A stretch of DNA of 64,000 nt from Candidatus Daviesbacteria bacterium (GTDB lineage: Bacteria; Patescibacteriota; Microgenomatia; Daviesbacterales; UBA10151). Shown here piece after piece: positions 39,275-48,225 of this stretch (positions are counted from its first letter, which is position 1; each line of letters starts with the position of its first letter). Made by a program: the position numbers and the translations under genes. A model generated the notes under the pieces. That model was not told the origin of the DNA. It saw only the letters and a list, made by a program, of their open reading frames with translations, and did not search any database. The stretch covers positions 84,368 through 148,367 of the forward strand of contig CP066688.1 in assembly GCA_016432425.1 (NCBI GenBank). The letters are read 5' to 3'.

Positions 39275-41302
39275 ATGAGAAGTAAACTAGACAAATTAAA
39301 GAAACTTATTAAACAAAATCCCGGATTTGCGATTATCACCTTTATCTATTTAGCAACTTTCTTCTATATGATGCCTTTAAAAAATCAATGTTTTCAGGAT
39401 GATTGGGCTTATTCCCAATCGGTGAGAAATTTTCTACAAACAGGTAATTTTAAAATCTCCGAATGGTCATCAGCTTCATTAATTTTTCAAATGCTTTGGG
39501 GCAGTTTATTTGCCAAAATTGCTGGCGGATTTTCTTTGAAAATTTTACATCTATCTACTATATCAATTATGTACATAGGATTAATCTTTTTTTACTTAAC
39601 TTTAAAACGGTTAATCTCCGATGAAACCAGAGCTGTTATTTTTACACTATCTCTATTATTTTTCCCTTGGGTATTTCAGTTTACATATAGTTTTTTAACT
39701 GATGTTCCTTATATATCATTAATGTTTATAGCGTTATATTTTTATATAGCTGCCTTACAAACCAATAAAAAAATCCTTTTTTTGCTGGGTAGTTTATTTG
39801 CTGGTTTTGCATATCTGATTAGGCAACTTGGTATTGTTTTACCAGCAGCTATATTTTTAACTCTAATTTATCAAAGTTTGGTTAACAAAAAAATAAAGCT
39901 AATGGAAATAATTACTGCCCTAACACCTTTTTTGATTATCTCTTTTTTATATAACCAATGGTTAACAAATGGAGGCATCACCCTCTCACAGTACCAATCA
40001 GGTTTTGATCAGAGATTTAAAATCTCTACTGCGCCTTATCTATTACCAATTAGACTTGGCTTTGCCGGCATTACTAATATGGTCTATGCAGAGTTTATTA
40101 AACGGGGTGTTTTCTTCTTTCACCATATTATCGGATACCTTTTCCCGATATTTTTTATTTTTGCCATTAATTTAAAGGGGATTAAAAATTTCTTTATTCA
40201 CCATCACCAACCCATTTTGATGACAACCCTAATTTATCTTTTTTTTCTCATGATTGAAAATGTTTTTCATTTTGGCCGTCAAGAATTTAGTATAGGGATA
40301 CCCAGGCTAGTTACTAATTGGGCCCATGTTGGACCTATTGATTGGGTAAATAGCTGGATTTATCTAGTATTTATATCCTTAATATTTTTTTTGCCAGTCA
40401 TGGGAGCCACCTTCAAACATTTATCAAATTTATTATTTGCCAAAAGAAATAAACCTGCTAAGTCTGCTTTTAAAACATTGATAATTTTATTACTGTTAGT
40501 TTTTATCGTGAGAATTATTCAGGAATTTATCGCTATTTTTAAACCTCGCGTACCACAAGAGACATCTTTTTTAGAAAGCATTAAAATATATTTCCACGCC
40601 ACCTTTACTACGGCAGGTGGCGACATTGTTTATAATAATTGGATTGTTTTCTTTATATTATTCTTATTGAGTTTAATCATTATCTATTCCTTAACACATC
40701 TTAAGTTTAAGACTGAAGGAAAAACGATTGATAAAGCAATACTGTTTTTGTGGTTAGCTTTTTTTATACAAAATTGTATTCTAATATTTTTTATGTATTT
40801 TTATTGGGGACAATATATCATTGCAATTGTTCCTTTTATTATTCTATGGATAGCCTATTTTACTAGATTCTGGAAAATTAATTTGATGCAAGCAATAATA
40901 GTAATTTGCTTAATGGCTATTTTTTCAGTATCAGCTACTAAAGCTAGATACGATGATATCGGTATGCAGTGGGAAATTGGCACTCAAATGGTCCAAAAGG
41001 GAATTGAGCCTGTCAGTGTCTTTGTGGGTGAAGAATCCTGGTTGCCATGGTGGTATTATGAAGAAACACTAAAACAAGCTGTTGAACAACTAGGTGGGGA
41101 TAAATTTAAATTACCCATGAGAAGCACCTGGAGAGTGGTAAAACCAAACACTTTAAACTCCTATGGTATTATGGAGGTTCCTTTGAACTTTAAGCCCTCA
41201 GATAATCCTGACTTGAATATTATTGTAGATTCTGGTATTTATTATTCAGGTATTTTCACCCAAAAAAGAGCCATTGGTTATCAAAGTGCACCACAAAAGT
41301 AG
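39275..41302 (+). CDS. ArnT/PMT_2-family GT-C glycosyltransferase
   Basis: QDDWAY, SFLTDVP, IRQ; many TMs. Confidence 0.8.
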   Translation: MRSKLDKLKKLIKQNPGFAIITFIYLATFFYMMPLKNQCFQDDWAYSQSVRNFLQTGNFKISEWSSASLIFQMLWGSLFAKIAGGFSLKILHLSTISIMYIGLIFFYLTLKRLISDETRAVIFTLSLLFFPWVFQFTYSFLTDVPYISLMFIALYFYIAALQTNKKILFLLGSLFAGFAYLIRQLGIVLPAAIFLTLIYQSLVNKKIKLMEIITALTPFLIISFLYNQWLTNGGITLSQYQSGFDQRFKISTAPYLLPIRLGFAGITNMVYAEFIKRGVFFFHHIIGYLFPIFFIFAINLKGIKNFFIHHHQPILMTTLIYLFFLMIENVFHFGRQEFSIGIPRLVTNWAHVGPIDWVNSWIYLVFISLIFFLPVMGATFKHLSNLLFAKRNKPAKSAFKTLIILLLLVFIVRIIQEFIAIFKPRVPQETSFLESIKIYFHATFTTAGGDIVYNNWIVFFILFLLSLIIIYSLTHLKFKTEGKTIDKAILFLWLAFFIQNCILIFFMYFYWGQYIIAIVPFIILWIAYFTRFWKINLMQAIIVICLMAIFSVSATKARYDDIGMQWEIGTQMVQKGIEPVSVFVGEESWLPWWYYEETLKQAVEQLGGDKFKLPMRSTWRVVKPNTLNSYGIMEVPLNFKPSDNPDLNIIVDSGIYYSGIFTQKRAIGYQSAPQK

Positions 41303-41303
41303 A

Positions 41304-42680
41304 ATGAAGAACATACAAAAAGCAATAAAATCTTTCTCCCAAAAAAAGATCCTCGTCGTCGGTGATTTAATGCTAGATTTATATACCTATGGCACCGTTA
41401 ATCGTATATCCCCTGAAGCACCTGTACCAATTTTACTAAAAACTGACGAAAAATACTCACCTGGAGGCGCAGCCAATGTAGCTAATAATTTAAGGGGATT
41501 AGGAGCGGAAGTAGCTGTTTGTGGAATAGCAGGTGAGGATTCTAACGGGGAGAGATTATTGGTTTTATTAAATGAACTAGGCATTGATACCAAAGCAGTC
41601 ATTAAAACTCCAGATTTTCCGACTACATTAAAACAAAGATTAATCGCCGAAAATCGCCAAATAGTTAGGGTCGACGAAGAAAACATCCAAGAATTAAATC
41701 CTAAGGAGCAAAAAGATATTTTAACTTGGATAGAATTTTTAGTTGGTAAATACGATGCCATCATTTTGTCAGATTATGCCAAGGGTGTATTCACTAAAAA
41801 CTTAACATCTGAAATTATTAAATTAGCAAAAAAACATAATAAGTTGATAACTGCAGATATCAAACCTGTCAACAAATCGCTATTTAAAGGCGCCCATCTA
41901 ATTTTTCCGAATTTGAAAGAAGCAGAAGAAATGACCGGAGGTAACACCATTAATGAAATGGGGGCTCATCTAGTGAAATATTTTAACTGTGATGTAGTAA
42001 TCACTAAAGGAGCAGAAGGAATGGCAGTCTTTCAGCGCGACAACATTTATTTTGAGATACCTGGAAGAAAAATTGAAGTTTTTGATGTGAGTGGTGCAGG
42101 GGATACAGTAATAGCCGTTATTACGCTAGGTTTAATTAGTAATCTGAACCTCAACGACTCTGCCAATTTGGCAAATTTTGCAGGTAGTATCGTAGTACAA
42201 AAAGCTGGTACTGCCTCTATTAAGCTAGAAGAACTAGAGGCTTACATCAACATAGGTAAGTATCATATTGATAATGTTGAAATAGTACCAAAAGTTTGGG
42301 GGTATGAGAAATGGCTAGAAAATAATAGCCGGTATTGCTCTAAATTGCTTTTTTTAAAACAGGATTATCAATGTAGTTTGCACTATCATAAAGTTAAAGA
42401 TGAGCTATTTTTGGTCACCTCTGGACATGTCCGATTTGAACTGGGAAAAGAGATTATACATCTGATGCCTGGTAGTTTTATCAGAGTTCCTCCTAAAACT
42501 TTACACCGATATAGAGGAATTGTAGACTCAGAAATACTGGAAGTAAGTACTCACCATAGCGAAAAAGACTCCTACAGATTAGAACCCAGTAGAAAAATCG
42601 AAATAGACAATACTAAATCTTTTCATAAGGCTGTGATTGTTGACAGCAAGGCTATCATTCCAGATGAAAGTACACTTTAA
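41304..42680 (+). CDS. rfaE1: D-glycero-D-manno-heptose-7-phosphate kinase (HldE domain I) fused to a C-terminal cupin
   Basis: GDLMLD.Y..G.V.RISPEAPVP, GGAANVA, SDYAKG, DVSGAGDTV; then PKVWGYE...SLHYH..KDE...H. ATG at 41304. Confidence 0.9.
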   Translation: MKNIQKAIKSFSQKKILVVGDLMLDLYTYGTVNRISPEAPVPILLKTDEKYSPGGAANVANNLRGLGAEVAVCGIAGEDSNGERLLVLLNELGIDTKAVIKTPDFPTTLKQRLIAENRQIVRVDEENIQELNPKEQKDILTWIEFLVGKYDAIILSDYAKGVFTKNLTSEIIKLAKKHNKLITADIKPVNKSLFKGAHLIFPNLKEAEEMTGGNTINEMGAHLVKYFNCDVVITKGAEGMAVFQRDNIYFEIPGRKIEVFDVSGAGDTVIAVITLGLISNLNLNDSANLANFAGSIVVQKAGTASIKLEELEAYINIGKYHIDNVEIVPKVWGYEKWLENNSRYCSKLLFLKQDYQCSLHYHKVKDELFLVTSGHVRFELGKEIIHLMPGSFIRVPPKTLHRYRGIVDSEILEVSTHHSEKDSYRLEPSRKIEIDNTKSFHKAVIVDSKAIIPDESTL

Positions 42681-43239
42681 AACGCCCCAGAAAACCCTGG
42701 TCAAAGCTGTTTTCTTAGATCGCGATGGAACTATCAACAATAATCAAACGGGGTATACTTATAAAATTAACGATTTTGTCTGCCTACCAGGAGTCATAGA
42801 ATCATTAGTTAAGTTTTCAAAGACTTCCTACAAAATTATCATTCTTACTAACCAATCTGGAATAGGCAGAAAATATTTTAGTTTCTCTCAATTCCATAAA
42901 TTAAATAATTGGATGCTAAAAGAGTTTAAAAAAAATAATGTTAGAATAGATAAAGTTTTTTTCTGCCCTCATCATCCACAAAATAACTGCTCTTGCCGCA
43001 AACCAAAACCTGGTCTAATAATACAAGCTGTACAAACTTTTGGAATATCTTTAGAAGAAAGTTGGCTAATCGGGGATGACGAAAGGGATATTATTTTAGC
43101 CAAAACAGTTAACTTACGGTCAATTAAAATAGGCGCCAAGATAAGTAGAAAATTAAAGTTAGAGCCCAATTATTATGTAAAAAATTTGCCGGAAGCCTTG
43201 GATATAATTACCAATCAAGATAGACTAAGTTTGTTATAA
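42664..43239 (+). CDS. gmhB: D-glycero-D-manno-heptose-1,7-bisphosphate phosphatase
   Basis: FLDRDGTIN, TNQSGIGR, CPH...C.CRKP.PG, IGD..RD. Confidence 0.9.
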   Translation: MKVHFKTPQKTLVKAVFLDRDGTINNNQTGYTYKINDFVCLPGVIESLVKFSKTSYKIIILTNQSGIGRKYFSFSQFHKLNNWMLKEFKKNNVRIDKVFFCPHHPQNNCSCRKPKPGLIIQAVQTFGISLEESWLIGDDERDIILAKTVNLRSIKIGAKISRKLKLEPNYYVKNLPEALDIITNQDRLSLL

Positions 43240-44510
43240 GCATTTATATGAGCAAGCAAATCTTTCATATTATAAGTGGTCACATCAGTCATTTTAGGTT
43301 TCGGCAAACCCATTATTTTATACATGTACGGTAGAACCTCTTTAACCTTTAACTCTGACATACATAAATTATCTATACAGGGAGACCTCCTGGCATTATA
43401 AGTATTAATACAAGGATCACAAGCTAAACCTGCAGACAAAGAAACGTTTCTGGTACTTAAGGGGGCATATAATAAGGGAGTTTCCGGACCAAATAAAGAA
43501 ATTATATAAATTGGAGTCATGGCAGCAAAATGGGCCGGGCCGCTATCATTGGTTACCATTAAATGCGAGATGTTGTAAAGGGTAAGCAATTCATAAATAT
43601 CAGTTTGTCCGGCAAAATTTATACAAAGAGGGTGATTAATTTTATTTTCTACATCTTGAATATAATTAATCTCTTTGGCAGTTCCAATTAAAATAATTGC
43701 CGTGTTGCCTTGTTTTAATATTTCCTGAGCTAATTTAGCAAAATACTCTTTTGGCCATTTTCTTTCGGGAACAAAATCACTGGCATGAGTGTTAAAAATA
43801 ACTAACTTCATGGAAGGATTAATTTTCGGATTTAAAGATTGTATTTTCTTCCATAAATTTTCAATTTCATTTTTAGAAGATTTGTAGCGGGGTACCCTCA
43901 GGTTACCAGTTAATCTCTTTTTTAATAGAGGTATAGAATTAAATGGCTCTTTAATAGATTTTGCTAAAGTTAAAAAAGCTAAACTGGTATGTAAATAATG
44001 ATTATAGATTACCTTATGAGTAAAAAAATCTCCTCTATACAATCCTTCCATGTGGTATTTATAAAACCCAATATGGATGGGTGATTTTATCAAATAACCC
44101 AGTATAGCTGATATTCGAGAGAATAATTCAAAATCTACAATTACATCGATTTTTTGATCTCTTAACATTTTAGCTGCTTTCAAAGTATCAAATATCAAAT
44201 GGGGAATTGACGAATTATTAATTAAGTAGATATTTTTTTCTGGAAAAGATTTTAATATTTTAACAATCTCCTCATTTCCTGAGAATGTTAAAAAATACAA
44301 TTGCGCCTCTGGATATTCTTTTTTAATAAAATTAATTGCCGGGAAAGATAAAATTGTACTACCCATTTCCGAAATTTTAATAAATAAAATTTTTTTTATT
44401 TTCTTTGGCTCTCTTCTTCTTCTGGTAACTCTAGACCATTGGCTTAAAAACCAGCAAATTCTGGAACCGATAATTCTGTCTATATTTCTGACTCTATTAG
44501 GATCGATCAT
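43215..44510 (-). CDS. GT9 heptosyltransferase-like glycosyltransferase
   Basis: RKWP, TNDSGPAHFA, LFGPETP, C.PC...C...CM. Confidence 0.9.
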   Translation of the reverse strand: MIDPNRVRNIDRIIGSRICWFLSQWSRVTRRRREPKKIKKILFIKISEMGSTILSFPAINFIKKEYPEAQLYFLTFSGNEEIVKILKSFPEKNIYLINNSSIPHLIFDTLKAAKMLRDQKIDVIVDFELFSRISAILGYLIKSPIHIGFYKYHMEGLYRGDFFTHKVIYNHYLHTSLAFLTLAKSIKEPFNSIPLLKKRLTGNLRVPRYKSSKNEIENLWKKIQSLNPKINPSMKLVIFNTHASDFVPERKWPKEYFAKLAQEILKQGNTAIILIGTAKEINYIQDVENKINHPLCINFAGQTDIYELLTLYNISHLMVTNDSGPAHFAAMTPIYIISLFGPETPLLYAPLSTRNVSLSAGLACDPCINTYNARRSPCIDNLCMSELKVKEVLPYMYKIMGLPKPKMTDVTTYNMKDLLAHINAYNKLSLS

Positions 44511-44521
44511 GAAATTCGACT

Positions 44522-44560
44522 AGTATATCATAGTGATAATGATTATCAGTATGGTATTAT
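44522..44560. promoter_or_regulatory. Symmetric bidirectional extended -10 promoter centred on a perfect Fur-box-like 7-1-7
   Basis: TGATAAT-G-ATTATCA at 44534-44548; minus TGATATACT (44522-44530) and plus TGGTATTAT (44552-44560) are mirror-placed. Confidence 0.6.
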
Positions 44561-44570
44561 TTGATGAAGT

Positions 44571-45434
44571 ATGCAGCCAAAATGTCCATTTTGCAAGAGT
44601 AGAAATAACAAAAAGTTAAGACAACTAACTTACAACTGCGTCTTTTTTTGTCACAACTGCCGATTAGGTTTTCAATATCCACTTTTAAAAAAGAACTCCA
44701 TAAAAAAATACTATAAAGAATCTATCTATCCGCAAGTATGGGGAGACCATACGGGTTCTTTTGGTGAAATGAAAAAAATAACTTACCAGTGGATTTTCAA
44801 ACACTTGGGTAAAGGTCGCGGTGAAAAATTATTAGATATTGGCACTGGATATGGTTTTGCCCTCTTAGAAGCCAAGAGGAAAGGATACCAACCAGTTGGT
44901 ATAGAACCATCACCTGAATTATCTAAAATCGCAAGCAAAGCTCACGGTGTAAAAGTGATTAATGATTTTTTTGAGAATGTAAAATTTCCCATAGAAAGTT
45001 TTCATCTCGTTTCAATGTTTGATTCAATAGAGCATATGCTAAACCCACAGGCCAGTCTTAAAAAGGCAGCTGCGCTGGTAAAACCTGGGGGTTTTTTAGT
45101 TATTACCACACCTGATATTAATAGTTTGTCAGCAAAATTATTCTATAAATACTGGTTCCATTTAAAAAATGAGCACTATTATTATTTCAATAAAGAAATC
45201 TTGAAAAATCTCCTATTAAAAAATGGGTTTACTGTCAAAATTAGTATGGGGCAAAAAAGACCTTTAACGCTAAAGTATATCGAGAATCATTTCCGAATTT
45301 ATCCCATCCCCTTTTTATCTATTACATTTCGCCATTTATTATCTTTGGTTCCTACAAAGATCAAAAATAAAATATTCACTATTTATGATGGTAATCTTTT
45401 TATGGTCGCTCAAAAATCCGTGAAAATAGCATAG
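44571..45434 (+). CDS. SAM-dependent methyltransferase with N-terminal Zn ribbon (similar to 18965..19786)
   Basis: CPFC...CHNC, LDIGTGYG, DSIEH, KPGG. Confidence 0.9.
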   Translation: MQPKCPFCKSRNNKKLRQLTYNCVFFCHNCRLGFQYPLLKKNSIKKYYKESIYPQVWGDHTGSFGEMKKITYQWIFKHLGKGRGEKLLDIGTGYGFALLEAKRKGYQPVGIEPSPELSKIASKAHGVKVINDFFENVKFPIESFHLVSMFDSIEHMLNPQASLKKAAALVKPGGFLVITTPDINSLSAKLFYKYWFHLKNEHYYYFNKEILKNLLLKNGFTVKISMGQKRPLTLKYIENHFRIYPIPFLSITFRHLLSLVPTKIKNKIFTIYDGNLFMVAQKSVKIA

Positions 45435-46335
45435 TCATTAGAAAAAATATTCCTTCTGTCAGTAAGGTAGAAACTCTAAATAAAATAGCCACTAAAGATG
45501 AGACGGGTAAAGTTAAGTAAGGCGCCAAAAAGGTGGCCAAAGAAAGCTCCGTCACTCCCAGTCCTGCCGGGGCAAAAGGAGAGATATAACCTAAAAGCCA
45601 GGAGATTGAGAAAGCTCCTACAAAAGTAGGTAAAAGAGAAATATCGACATTGACCACAGAATTAGCTAGATAAAACAATACTAAACCCCAAAGCCAAAAC
45701 CTGATAAAAAAGATTGTTAAAATTAGCATAATCCATCCGGGCTTAAATTTTATTTTTTGGAGGTCAGGCATTTTTTTACCCATTAAGCTCAACAGTTTTC
45801 CGATCAATTGAATTGTCTTCTCGTTGGCAAATAAAATAAGTAGTACTGGTAACATTGCAAAAATTAACAGCATTGGTTTAAGTCTTGTTATCAGGGGTAG
45901 GGTAGAAATTTCAGCAGGTAATTGCCAAAACAAAAAAGAAATTAAAACAACTACCGCTCCCAAACTTAAATTAAGCATCACCTCTCCAGCAATAGCCGTT
46001 CCCATCGCCACTGGCGGAATTTTTTCCTCTGATAATAGATACACTCTAGTCGGATATTGCCAAATTTTTCCCGGCAAAAAACGGGTGACACTGGAAAAAA
46101 TCCAAGCTTTCAAGTTAGTTCTAAAAGAAATATTTAAATTTAAGCCGTTAGTTAAAAAATGCCAGGAAACAATATTTAGTAAATACCCCAGGAAAATTAA
46201 TATAATAGTCAATATAAAATTGAAGGGATTAAATCGTAGTGTTGATAAAGTGATCTCTGACCATTGGCTAAAGATTTGTTTGATTAAAAATCCAAAAGCC
46301 CCAATAATTAAAATATAAATTATTTTTTTGCGCAT
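45400..46335 (-). CDS. Lysylphosphatidylglycerol synthase TM-domain protein (flippase-like)
   Basis: RFLPGKIW, APAGLGVTE, FR; paralog of 37824..38714. Confidence 0.8.
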   Translation of the reverse strand: MRKKIIYILIIGAFGFLIKQIFSQWSEITLSTLRFNPFNFILTIILIFLGYLLNIVSWHFLTNGLNLNISFRTNLKAWIFSSVTRFLPGKIWQYPTRVYLLSEEKIPPVAMGTAIAGEVMLNLSLGAVVVLISFLFWQLPAEISTLPLITRLKPMLLIFAMLPVLLILFANEKTIQLIGKLLSLMGKKMPDLQKIKFKPGWIMLILTIFFIRFWLWGLVLFYLANSVVNVDISLLPTFVGAFSISWLLGYISPFAPAGLGVTELSLATFLAPYLTLPVSSLVAILFRVSTLLTEGIFFLMTMLFSRIFERP

Positions 46336-47429
46336 TTTATTATTAGTTCATTACTTTGTTTTCTGGAATTTTCCCAAGAAAATTGCCTGCTCCAAAAGAT
46401 AGCACCCTTTTTCAGCTTTTCATATAAAGTTTGATCCTGCAAAAGACTCATCACATTGGCCGCTAAATCTTGTGGTGAATTTTCCTGGCAAAGTATCCCA
46501 CTGATACCATCTTTAACAGAGTCAATAAGTCCAGAACTTTTGTAAGCCACAACCGGAGTCCCCACGCCATTAGCTTCTATATTAACCAAACCCCACCCTT
46601 CCCTAACTGAAGGATTAACTAAAATATGAGCTTTAGATAAAAGTTCAAACTTTTTATCTTGAGAGACAAAGCCAAAAAAAGTAATTTTATTTTTTAACAT
46701 CTTAGTTTTCTCTTTTAGATAGGCTAGATAATTTGGGTCTCCTTTACCCACTACCCAAAAATTAAATTGCCCACTTTTATCTAAAATTTTAAAAGCCTCA
46801 ATTGCGCTTTCAATACCTTTATCTTTAGCCAAAGCTCCCAAAAAAATTATGGTGTTAATTTTTTCCTTAATAATCTGATTGGGTATTTTTACAATAACGC
46901 CATGGTGAACTATGTTGATATTTTTAAGGTTGATACCCATTTTTATTAAATCTTCTTTGGCTGAGGCCGAACCGGTCATAAAAGGGATATTTTTGTAAAA
47001 CAAAAAAATAATCGGTTCGGTAATAAAACCAACAAAACCTATGATCCAATTTAGGGGCCAGGATAGATGGTTTAAAAACCAAACTTCTTTGGCTACTTCC
47101 TGGATTAAAGCCAGCTTCTTCGCTTTGACATAAAAAGGGGTAAAAAGGGGGATACCATGGAAAGAGTCTATTACCAAATCAAATTTTTTGTGTCTACCAA
47201 ACAAATACCAAAAAAAAGCAGCTATCTGTACCCCAATAAATTGGCTGCCTTGCCTTATGATATGGACACCATCCAAAGTTTCTTCTTTTGGCCCCCCAAA
47301 ATCAGAGGAAAATAAAGTCACAGAGTGCCCGGCTTTAATCCAACCTTTAGAGTGTTCATGGACAACCTGCTCTGCCCCCCCATTTAATGGATGTTTAGGA
47401 TCACGCCAAGAAAGTATAAGAATATTCAT
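46320..47429 (-). CDS. GT4 glycosyltransferase
   Basis: WRD..HP..GGAE, PSVREGWGLVNIEA. Confidence 0.9.
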   Translation of the reverse strand: MNILILSWRDPKHPLNGGAEQVVHEHSKGWIKAGHSVTLFSSDFGGPKEETLDGVHIIRQGSQFIGVQIAAFFWYLFGRHKKFDLVIDSFHGIPLFTPFYVKAKKLALIQEVAKEVWFLNHLSWPLNWIIGFVGFITEPIIFLFYKNIPFMTGSASAKEDLIKMGINLKNINIVHHGVIVKIPNQIIKEKINTIIFLGALAKDKGIESAIEAFKILDKSGQFNFWVVGKGDPNYLAYLKEKTKMLKNKITFFGFVSQDKKFELLSKAHILVNPSVREGWGLVNIEANGVGTPVVAYKSSGLIDSVKDGISGILCQENSPQDLAANVMSLLQDQTLYEKLKKGAIFWSRQFSWENSRKQSNELIIKCAKK

Positions 47430-47436
47430 GAGGTTT

Positions 47437-48225
47437 CTAACCTACATTTACCCTAAATTGCAAGTCCGGATCGTAAACCCAATTACGTTGGTTGCGGTCA
47501 TTATAATAATGCAAAACTCGCAGGCGATAAAAAACAGTCAGAGAGTCCCACACCATCTTAAAAATAGTGGACCATTTAATCCGGCTGGTGCGGGCATCAA
47601 AAGTTACCTCAATCGGCGCTTCATAAATTCTTCTAAATCCTAAATTAAAAGCTACTGCCAGCATTTCAATATCCATGGCGTATCTTTTAACCAGCAACCT
47701 GGGCAACACTTTTTCTAGCACTTCCCTTTTAAAAATTTTTAGCCCGCTTTGGGTATCAGTAATGGGAATGCTAAATAAAATTTTGACCCCTAGATGGTAA
47801 CCAATACTTAAAATGTGCCTAAACAAGGGGTAATTTACATGAGAAACCGGGTGTCTCTTTGATCCGACGATAATGTCGGCATTATACCATTCCATATGGG
47901 CCATCAGCATCATAATCCCCTTGGGAGAAATATCCATTCCGGCATCTAAAAATGAGACCAACTCCCCTTGTGAACGAACCATCCCAAACCTCACCGCATA
48001 ACCCTTGCCTTTATTGTGTTCATAACCTACCACCTTTACCTTAGGATATTTAACTTTTTGGGCCTGCTCATATGTCTTATCCAAAAACCCGTCCACCACA
48101 CAAATAATTTCATAATCCATCTCTTTTAAACCCATCTTTAAGGTGTGGTTGATATTTTCCAAATCCTTTTTGATGGTATGCTCTTGTTTGTAGGCTGGGA
48201 CGATTACTGATAACAATTTTTTCAT
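47437..48225 (-). CDS. GT2, ALG5/DPG-synthase-like
   Basis: GKGYAVRFG, FLDAG, GSKRHP.S, DTQSGLK, DIE; ATGA start at 48225. Confidence 0.8.
   Translation of the reverse strand: MKKLLSVIVPAYKQEHTIKKDLENINHTLKMGLKEMDYEIICVVDGFLDKTYEQAQKVKYPKVKVVGYEHNKGKGYAVRFGMVRSQGELVSFLDAGMDISPKGIMMLMAHMEWYNADIIVGSKRHPVSHVNYPLFRHILSIGYHLGVKILFSIPITDTQSGLKIFKREVLEKVLPRLLVKRYAMDIEMLAVAFNLGFRRIYEAPIEVTFDARTSRIKWSTIFKMVWDSLTVFYRLRVLHYYNDRNQRNWVYDPDLQFRVNVG

Noticed and set aside
8778-45434. Site-specific invertons explaining the strand switches
   Set aside because: I saw no invertase gene or matching inverted repeats at block ends, and the overlapping 3' ends argue for fixed, old arrangements.
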